A stretch of 64,000 nucleotides of DNA from Haliotis rufescens (taxonomy: Eukaryota): contig NW_025964235.1 of assembly GCF_023055435.1 (NCBI RefSeq), positions 1,302,001 to 1,366,000 of the forward strand. Reading direction: 5' to 3'. Positions 55,001 to 64,000 of the stretch are shown here, piece by piece (positions within the stretch are counted from its first letter, which is position 1; each line of letters opens with the position of its first letter). The notes below the pieces were generated by a model. It had not been told where the DNA came from. It worked only from the letters and a program-made list of their open reading frames with translations, and searched no databases. Both the position numbers and the translations under genes were made by a program.

Positions 55001-56396
55001 CAGGGTTACTGTCACCACCTGTCACTCCAGGGCTACTGTCATCACCCGACACTCCAGGGTTACTGTCATCACCTGACACTCCAGGGCTACTGTCATCACC
55101 TGACACTCCAGGGTTAATGTCACCACCTGACACTCCCGGGTTACTGTCATCACCTGACCCTCCAGGGTTACTGTCACCACCTGACACTCCAGGGCTATTG
55201 TCATCACCTGACACTCCAGGGTTACTGTCACCACCTGTCACTCCATGGCTACTGTCATCACCTGACACTCCAGGGTTACTGTCATCACCTGACACTCCAG
55301 GGTTAATGTCACCACCTGACACTCCAGGGTTACTGTCATCACCTGACACTCCAGGGTTACTGTCATCACCTGACACTCCCGGGTTAATGTTACCACCTGA
55401 CACTCCAGGGTTACTGTCACCACCTGACACTCCCGTGTTACTGTCACCACCTGACACTCCCGGGTTACTGTCATCACCTGACACTCCCTTGTTACTGTCA
55501 CCACCTGACACTCCAGGGTTACTGTCACCACCTGACACTCACGGGTTACTGTCACCACCGGACGCTCCCTTGTTACTGTCACCACCTGACACTCCAGGGT
55601 TACTGTCACCACCTGACACTCCCGGGTTACTGTCGCCACCTGACACTCCAGGGTTACTGTCACCACCTGACTCTCCAGGGTTACTGTCACCACCTGACAC
55701 TCCAGGGTTACTGTCACCACCTGACACTCCCGGGTTACTGTCACCACCTGACGCTCCCGTGTTACTGTCACCACCTGACACTCCAGGGCTACTGTCACCA
55801 CATGACACTCCAGGGTTACTGTCGCCACCTGACACTCCAGGGTTACTGTCACCACCTGACACTCCAGGGTTACTGTCACCACCTGACACTCCAGGGTTAC
55901 TGTCACCACCTGACTCTCCAGGGTTACTGTCACCACCTGACACTCCAGGGTTACTGTCACCACCTGACTCTCCAGGGTTACTGTCACCACCTGACACTCC
56001 AGGGTTACTGTCACCACCTGACGCTCCAGGGTTACTGTCACCACCTGACTCTCCAGGGTTACTGTCACCACCTGACACTCCAGGGTTACTGTCATCACCT
56101 GACGCTCCCGGGTTACTGTCATCACCTGACACTCCAGGGCTACTGTCACCACCTGACACTCCAGGGTTACTGTCACCACCTGACACTCCAGGGTTACTGT
56201 CACCACCTGACACTCCAGGGTTACTGTCACCACCTGACTCTCCAGGGTTACTGTCACCACCTGACTCTCCAGGGTTACTGTCACCACCTGACTCTCCAGG
56301 GTTACTGTCACCACCTGACACTCCAGGGTTACTGTCACCACCTGACACTCCAGGGTTACTGTCGCCACCTGACACTCCAGGGTTACTGTCACCACA
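52050..56396. repeat. Minisatellite, 27-bp unit CACCTGACACTCCAGGGTTACTGTCAC, about 160 copies, with an internal 1566-bp higher-order duplication
   Basis: Direct reading. Rare variants recur 1566 bp apart, e.g. CCCGACAC at about 53480 and about 55046. Confidence 0.97.
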
Positions 56397-57267
56397 TGCA
56401 CACTGCAACCTGGAGAAACACGTGATGTATTGTTCAGACATCAATCTGTGTGAGGAGGGTTGCTTTATCTTCAGCTAGCGAGATTGGTGCGGTTTTGCTT
56501 AAAACATATTTTAAGAGTCAAATACTCTGATACAATTTGCGAAGTGCACGGTATTGTTTGATTATATGTTATTTTCTAGTTTAGCCACACCAAAGAAAGA
56601 ATGTGTTTAATCGTAAAAACCTGACGCAGTCCACAGCGCTTCTTTTGTTATAGTTCGTTCACGATGCACAACGCAGACGCCATTGCTTGTCGGATTGTCA
56701 TCAGTTACTACTGCACATATAGCTACATTGTCTGCACCCCAGAAATAATAAATCAAAACATAATCCAACCAAGTCCAGATTGATTTAGCAAGTCTAGATT
56801 GCATCAGCTCTAGAATATATTATTGTTCTGGGCTCCATTTGGATTTTACTTTTTATTTTGTAGATATTTATTTTTAAATAAGATAACTTTATTTCTGGGA
56901 CTACATGTTGGTCTCTGCCGTCACCGACCCCCATGCAGATGTGTCAGCGTCCGGGGAAGTTATGGGGACGTAAATGATTCAGGAGGGGGTGGGTTGAGAG
57001 ATAGGGAGGGGGAGGGGGTGTTTCGTTACAATTCAACCTTGGCAGCTGCACTCTGCTGATCGTACCACAGGCCATACATTGAAACTCATCTTCACAGGTT
57101 GCTATGGCAACTCGCGCAATTCCGGTAAAAATAGTAAACTCTGGAAGAGTCCTGCTACCGGTGGGCCGCCACATTCGCCGCTAGCTAAGTTAGTCAGTCA
57201 GCTTCGTTGAAGTAGTTAGGGCGGGATCTCTCTCTCTCTACTCCACTGTCAGCTTAATTCTAGCAAG

Positions 57268-57493
57268 ATGGCGAATATCATGGCTGCATCGATGTATATG
57301 AAGATTGCCTTGGTGTGCATGTTGGTAGGCACACTGTTGTTTGTGATCGGCTTCTCCACAGTGTCCTGGATGGTCTCTAGCGCCTACAACAGATGGGAGG
57401 CCCGTGGAGTATGGAAAGTGTACAGTTGCGGGACTTCCTTCTGCACCTATTTGTCCTATGGTGCTTGGACTTACTTCGGACGCAATGATTACG
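57268..57493 (+). CDS. First coding exon of a PMP22/EMP/MP20/claudin-superfamily tetraspan membrane protein; downstream exons not identified in the window
   Basis: caagATGGCG start, then hydrophobic TM1 (IALVCMLVGTLLFVIGFST) followed by W, the G-V-W signature and C-x4-C of extracellular loop 1. Ends at a phase-1 donor, G|GTGGGT. Confidence 0.8.
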
Positions 57494-57954
57494 GTGGGTC
57501 ATTCTTTTTAACTTTTCCAACTAAAATCTGGTTAGTTGTTACTTGGGTCAAATTGGAATATCACAATTCGTTCTTTTATGGGGATGGCGGAGTTTCGTAG
57601 ACAATTATGCAATGCTGAAGTGTCCCGATGTTTACAAATTCCAATTTTACACCTTATTGCATCTACTTTTTAATTTATGTTTTCCGAGCAATGTATCCGA
57701 ATTTTATCCTCAGGGCCAGTGTGCCAACTGAGAATTCTTGTTCATACGCTAGGGACACCGCCCGGCGCACAACCGGCATTCCTCGCCAGTGGTTATCAAT
57801 TAGAGGCCTGTTCCCCCATCCCCATCCCCCTTCCCCCCATCTTCCGCTCTCGGCTGCCTGGATTCCACGTTATCCGATACGGCTGTGCCGCCGTCTCAGT
57901 CCTTATACACAGGCGGTGAGGGTTGCCGCGTTCACGAAGCACCGAGGGGAGGGT

Positions 57955-58420
57955 CGGGGGTGTAGGAGTCGGGTTGCAGTTGAGGGGTGGGGTGTAGGAG
58001 TCGGGTTGCAGTTGAGGGGTGGGGTGTAGGAGTCGGGTTGCAGTTGAGGGGTGGGGTGTAGGAGTCGGGTTGCAGTTGAGGGGTGGGGTGTAGGAGTCGG
58101 GTTGCAGTTGAGGGGTGGGGGTGTAGGAGTTGGGTTGCAGTGGAGGGGTGGGATGTAGGAGTCGGGTTGCAGTTGAGGGGTGGGGGTGTAGGAGTTGGGT
58201 TGCAGTGGAGGGGTGGGATGTAGGAGTCGGGTTGCAGTTGAGGGGTAGGATGTAGGAGTCGGGTTGCAGTTGAGGGGTGGGGGTGTAGGGGTGGGGTTGC
58301 AGTTGAGGGGTGGGGTTGCAGTTGAGGGTGGGATGTAGGAGTCGGGTTGCAGTTGAGGGGTGGGATGTAGGAGTCGGGTTGCAGTTGAGGGGTGGGGTTG
58401 CAGTTGAGGGGTGGGGATGC
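57955..58420. repeat. G-rich tandem array, about 32-bp unit GTGTAGGAGTCGGGTTGCAGTTGAGGGGTGGG
   Basis: Direct reading. It lies in the first intron of the claudin-like gene. Confidence 0.93.
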
Positions 58421-58904
58421 GGGGGCCGGGTGTGAGGCACAGCGATGTCTCCTTTCGCATGGGAACTGGCTTGCGACTGTCTTTGCGCTGCGAAAACGTA
58501 ACTATGCAATGAGACAATTTATTTAATTGAAACGAACAGTGCCTAGCCGACATCTGTGCTCGGCTTCGGTGGTCACTGCCTGGTCAACCTGTCATTAATT
58601 GTTTGACCAGACGAGAAATGCACCCCAGGCTGACCGTGGCCAAAGTTTGTTTCTTCTTCTTCATATCATTATTAGCTATATGGTCCTGTTGGCGGCGGCC
58701 TACTAACTCATGCTTACATTCATATCACTCACTCACTCATCCCTACATACATATCACTCACTCACTCACTCATGCCAACATTCATATCACTCACTCACCC
58801 ACTCATGCCTAAGATAAGCTAGATAATACTTATTGCAGAAACATTCTATTACGAAACAGATGCAAAAAAATTTAAATGACAAAATATTATGATTCATATT
58901 ATCA

Positions 58905-59035
58905 GTTATGGTGTCTTTAGTTGCCGTATACGATGTCATATAAGGTTAGCAGAAAAGTATTGGGCGAGTCGGAAGCCCAATATTTTTCAGCTAACCTAAT
59001 ATGACACCGTATACAGCAACTAAAAACACCATAAC
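58905..59035. repeat. Imperfect palindrome (hairpin) of about 130 bp
   Basis: GTTATGGTGTCTTTAGTTGCCGTATACG...TATTGGGC-gagtcggaa-GCCCAATA...CGTATACAGCAACTAAAAACACCATAAC. Confidence 0.85.
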
Positions 59036-59589
59036 GAATTTATCATGGCGAAAGTTTACACTCTCTGGTATCCATATCGCACGTGTCATGTCATAATGAA
59101 AACTTGACACTGACAACATTGATGACGTCGAAGGGAGACCACTCATCAAACCTGAGCGGCCAAACCTTGTTGAAAATTTTGACTATAATCTTTATCAGTA
59201 AAGTCACGAACGTGATCTAAAAATCAGATTAATGTCCTTACACATCACAATTAATGATAGTAAAACACAAAACAGTGTCAAATAACGAATTTTGGTACCA
59301 GAAGTTCCATCTGAAATATGTGAAGTGGGTTTTGGAAAATCCAAGATGGCTGTTACTGACGGTATTAGGTCTAAAATTAGGTCAGTATCAACCATCTGGG
59401 ATTTGTATTGACGGTATATGGGCTCACGTGGGGGTCAATGGTTCTGCTATCTGATTGGTCAATCTCACTTTGAGGCATAATAAGTATATAAATACCGATA
59501 TACATACATTCCTGTAGACACAAAAAAAACAATCTATATTACATCTGTTTGATGATGTTATACATAAAATGTCAACAGTCAAGAGGTAT

Positions 59590-59900
59590 TTATTGCTTGA
59601 AATGATAGACATGGAAACAAATGCAATTGATATTGATGGCTTCATTATTTGAGAGGAAGTAGTGATATAATTTGTTTTCATGACTGTGGACATATACATT
59701 TTGTGTGGATAATTTCCCAAAGAGTATATTTTTTTCTTGAGTGTGTTTGGTACAGTGAAGTATGTAGTGTTTTTCATCACCAATGGTTGAACATGTAGAG
59801 CATAGCCTCTGATGTAGTGGGGTTGGTGGCTTTGTGTGTCTTCCATACATATCACGCACTAGTCTGTCTTCCAGACCCTGATACAAATATATCAACTACA
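59590..59900 (-). mobile_element. RTE-X-like LINE 3' fragment
   Basis: GRHTKPPTPLHQRLCSTCSTIGDEKHYILHC (C-terminal zinc knuckle). Confidence 0.7.
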
Positions 59901-60229
59901 GCCCATGCAAGTCTATAATGTTTGGCAAGTCTAGATTACTGCAGTATCAGGAAAATGAAGAGAATCACTGGGCTCTCTTTTTATTATATTTTTTATTAAG
60001 ATAACTGAACAACTGTTTTTTTCTGTACGATATGTTCATTTCAGAGACTATATGTTAGTCTAATCACTCACTGGCTCATCCATGGATACATATCACTGAC
60101 GCGTATCGCGCCGGTCCACAAATTGGGTCAAAGCATTTTTGCTGATGGCCACAACTCAGAGCTGGGCAAGGACAGAAGAAACAGTCAAATAGGGAACTAC
60201 TTTCAGGGTTATTAGCGCAGCATTGGACA

Positions 60230-61400
60230 ATTACAAAACGACATTAACTGTTCATTAACTCTACATCATAACAGCTGTGAATAACAAACTCTGGCCTTAC
60301 TCTGGATTGCTTCAACACGTCATCTACTGTTTGCTGATGATTGGGTTCTTGTCTCCGATTCGTCAGCTTCTCAAAATACTGCACGGACAATAAACTCAGC
60401 ACCGCCATCGAAAAAACTGCTGTAGTTATGTTTGGCACAGACAGTCAAAATCTAATTTTCAAATGGTCAGTGGCAGGGCAAGATATTAATGTTTCAGACA
60501 GATACACTTACTTGGGTGTTGTATTTCATTAAAATTCTAAATTTAAACATTGAGTAGAATATCTTGTACAAATTGTCCAAAGAGCATACTATGTGTCCTC
60601 TTCTAGCCTGTTTAGAGATTTAGACCCAAATGTCTATCTCAAAATGTTCAAGGCATTTATTGAACCTGTTGTCCTATATAACTGTGAGGTACGGGGAATT
60701 GACTCGGTTCAGCTCAGGTATATAGATACTTTTACTCCTGAAATATTACAAACAAACATGTCCCTGGAGTCTCTCAACAAACACATAACGGGGCATGCAG
60801 GGTGGAGCTTGGTATGTTTCCCCCGCTGTTTCAGGTAATTAGATCGATTGTTCAATTCTACACACATATTTTTACAATCTCCCAATACTGTTTTAAAACA
60901 TGCTACTAATGAATAAATAGCTATGGTCAAACACAAAATTTGATGGTACTATAAATTTCCTTGTCTCCAAGATAAATTTGACATCAAAGAAAATGATCTA
61001 ACCTCTTCCTCAGTAATCAAGGACCTACAATCAAAATTTACAGATATAATCCACTCATCTTTTCAAGATAAGCTAAATAAATTAGATTCAAGAAACAAAG
61101 TTAGAACAGAGTAGAAAATTTAAATCAGAAATTAAAACTGAACCTTATTTACAACACTGCAACACTGATTTACAACAAGCTAAGACATTGATCACGGACT
61201 AACACTGAACTGGGTAGAAGAACAAGACCACCTTCACCTTTGGACGAACGCCACTGTGATCATCACTGCTCAGTCCTTGAAGATGAAGAACACTATCTGA
61301 TGTCTTGTAGTAAATATTCAGGTGTAAGGCACTCCCTGTTTAGTTCTCCTTCCTAAAAAAATATATTTTTTGAAAGCCTTACAATCATAGAAACATTTAG
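60230..61400 (+). mobile_element. Decayed RTE-X-like LINE fragment (end of RT to C-terminal knuckle)
   Basis: LLFADD (about 60325-60342), KTAVVMF, YTYLGVVF, FIEPVVLYNCEV.G, GRRTRPPSPLDERHC..C...EDEEHYL..C, with many stops. Confidence 0.7.
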
Positions 61401-61984
61401 CCTACGTTTTTTCAAATAATTAACACAGACATGACCTGCTATCACATCTACAACTTCAAACAAATATGAAATACTTTTGTAGATAATCCAAGGTCATGAC
61501 ATAATATGTTGTATTGGTACGTTGTATTGTTATCCTGACTTCACCACAAATAGGCTTCACACATTGTGACCATGTGGGGAATCGAACCCGGGCCTTCGTC
61601 GGGACGAGCGAACGCTTTTACCTCCTATCTTGTAGCTTGACATTGCATGAGCTCATTGAATGAAGACGGGGATATGAATATGGATGAGGCTGATGAGAGT
61701 AGTGATCGACCTGCTCAAGCCAGTCACGACAATAACATTTACATTCCAGTCTGAAGACTCGGGGTTAGATAGGATGTATATCTGCACGAGGATGGCGTGC
61801 CTGAGTTGTCTTGCCGCCATGAACAGACCCTCTGGTATCGCTCAACTTGATATGATTCAGCTCTCTCATCAAACACATTGATTCTTGGCCATCTTGTGTA
61901 GTGTATCCTTAGGTTCATCAATATTCCAGTTAAGACACGGCCTGTACATAATCGGGCTAGACAAAACAGTGGTAGCTATTATGA

Positions 61985-62210
61985 CTGAGGACCTATTCTA
62001 ACCCATATCCCAAAAAGGGGACAACCAAAAGCGTCCTAGGGACCTATTCTAACCCGGATCTCAAAGGGCGGGGACAACCAAAAGCGTCCTAGGGACCTAT
62101 TCTAACCCGGATCTCAAAGGGCGGGGACAACCAAAAGCGCCCTAGGGACTATTCTTACCCGGATCTCAAAGGGCGGGGACAACCAAAAGCGTCCTTGGGA
62201 CCTATTCTGG
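61985..62210. repeat. Tandem repeat, 53-bp unit, about 4 copies, containing the reverse complement of part of the family A 5' end
   Basis: GACCTATTCTAACCCGGATCT closely matches 3351-3372 (GACCTATTCTACCCCGGATCT). Confidence 0.8.
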
Positions 62211-62254
62211 GAACCCCACAAGAGGATAGGGGGTAGCAACATTGATGAAGTCCC

Positions 62255-63155
62255 GTCGTCTATTGAGGTCCCACCTTCGGTCCTGTCGTCTATTGAGATC
62301 CCAACGTCGGTCCTGTCGTCTATTGAGGGTTCCAGCGTCGGCCCTTCTGTCTTTTGAGGGCCCTGCCGTCGGTCCTGCCGTCTATTGAGGGGCCCATCGT
62401 CGGCCTTCTGTCAATTGAGGGTCCCACCGTCTATTGTGGATCCCATCGTCGGTCCTGCTTTTACTGAGGGTCCCACTGTCGGTCCTGCCGTCTATTGAGA
62501 ATCCTACCGACGGTCCTTCTGTCTATTGAGGATCCCATCGTCGGTCCTTCTGTCTATTGAGGATCCCATCGTCGGTCCTGCCGTCTATTGAGGATCCCAC
62601 CGTCGGTCCTGCCGTCTATTGAGGATGCCATCGTCGGTCCTTCTGTCTATTGAGGATGCCATCGTCGGTCCTTCTGTCTATTGAGGATCCCATCGTCGGT
62701 CCTTCTGTCTATTGAGGATGCCATCGTCGGTCCTGCTGTCTATTGAGGATCCCACCGTCGGTCCTGCCGTCTGTTGAGGATCCCACCGTCGGTCCTGCCG
62801 TCTATTGAGGATGCCATCGTCGGTCCTTCTGTCTATTGAGGATCCCATCGTCGGTCCTTCTGTCTATTGATGATCCTATCGTCGGTCCTTCTGTCTATTT
62901 AGGGTCCCACCGCCGGTCTTGCCGTCTATTGAGGGTCCCACCGTCGGTCCTTCTGTCTATTGAGGGTCCCACCGTCGGTCTTGCCGTCTATTGAGGGTCC
63001 CATCGTCGGTCCTTCTGTCTATTGAGGGTCCCACCGTCGGTCCTTCTGTCTATTGAGGGTCCCACCGCCGGTCTTGCCATCTATTGAGGGTCCCACCGTC
63101 GGTCCTTCTGTCTATTGAGGGTCCCACCGCCGGTCTTGCCGTCTATTAAGGGTCC
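62255..63155. repeat. Tandem array, 31-bp unit GTCTATTGAGGATCCCATCGTCGGTCCTTCT
   Basis: Direct reading, about 29 copies. Confidence 0.95.
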
Positions 63156-64000
63156 TTCCCTTGGTGTTCTGGTGTTCGGTCTCCACCAGCTGGTATCTTC
63201 TCCACGGTAGTGTCAGTTAACGTCGGAACGCCGCCGTCCGGTGCTGCATGAAGCGTGTGCTTTTCCTTGCAAATGGAGACGTGAGAAGCAGACTGGGGAA
63301 CCGCCAAAATAAACACCGACCGCCAACCGATCCCTCCTGTGCACATGTAACAGCTCAATCCATACAATTTACAGTAATTTACAGTAATTTCCCTGCATTG
63401 ATTTATGCATTTGCTAATTTTGACAAACAAACATCACGGCATTGGCTCTGAGCCTGGTCCTACATTAGTGAATAAATGTGCGAAGTGCACAATTCTAAAC
63501 GTGCATTTCAAAAAAGTAAAATGGATTCAAGTATAGCTCATTATGCAAAATTACAGAGGTTTACATCACACATGGTACTCGTTGATTCTACTTCATCAGG
63601 TCATCGCTCGCCCTTGTACCTCACACTGTTATGTATGGTGAGCTGGCATCATGCGTTCTGTGTGTATTTTACGCGAATTCGTTGCGTTTGGTGAGTGAGT
63701 AAGTTGGGTTTAATGCCGCCTTGGACAGTAGGGTACATTTAACCGGGAATAATTCGTTGCAGGTATCAATGAACGTCAGCATTATCTGAACTGTTCCTAT
63801 ACAGGACTGATCCCCTATTTTCCCAGAAGTATTTACATCAACTCAAGTTTATCCCTCGCTAGAGTTGGTTCTCTGCGCATGCGACGTTTTGAGGTGAGGT
63901 GAGGTGAGGTGAGGTGAAATGGGGTTTAACGTCGCGTCCAAGATTATTGCACTTATACAGTGACGTGTATGCACGTGTGTGTGGCTGCTTGTACTAGTCC

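Noticed and set aside
57494-57600. Continuation of the 110-aa ORF beyond 57493
   Set aside because: A GTGGGT donor at the expected position followed by T-rich sequence indicates intron read-through.

Overview
Eukaryotic (animal) genomic DNA with spliceosomal GT-AG introns. The repeat families look molluscan, probably gastropod/abalone-like, but this is an inference. Protein-coding content read by hand: (1) a two-exon THAP + HTH + DDE (PIF/Harbinger/ISL2EU-type) transposase-derived gene on the - strand (745-2516), whose first catalytic Asp is replaced by Ala; (2) a complete 10-exon SLC3 heavy chain of heteromeric amino-acid transporters, 4F2hc/CD98hc-like (5997-13862, +, about 635 aa); (3) an intronless 368-aa low-complexity orphan ORF (21378-22484, +); (4) a complete 13-exon STIP1/HOP gene (50689-28598, -, about 550 aa) with HSE-like motifs at its 5' end; (5) the first coding exon of a PMP22/EMP/claudin-like tetraspan gene (57268-57493, +). 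More than a dozen mostly unrelated tandem arrays (units 20-106 bp) fill much of the remaining space, six of them inside STIP1 introns close to exons. Also present are three SINE-like families, two LTR-like insertions, MITEs, RTE-X-like LINE remnants and a decayed IS630/Tc1/mariner element with long D-E spacing. The most intriguing signal is one SINE-like family with no tRNA head: four copies start at the same base and fold into a compact pseudoknotted RNA (candidate ribozyme or structured leader). The long ORFs in the ORF track that cross tandem arrays are treated as artefacts.
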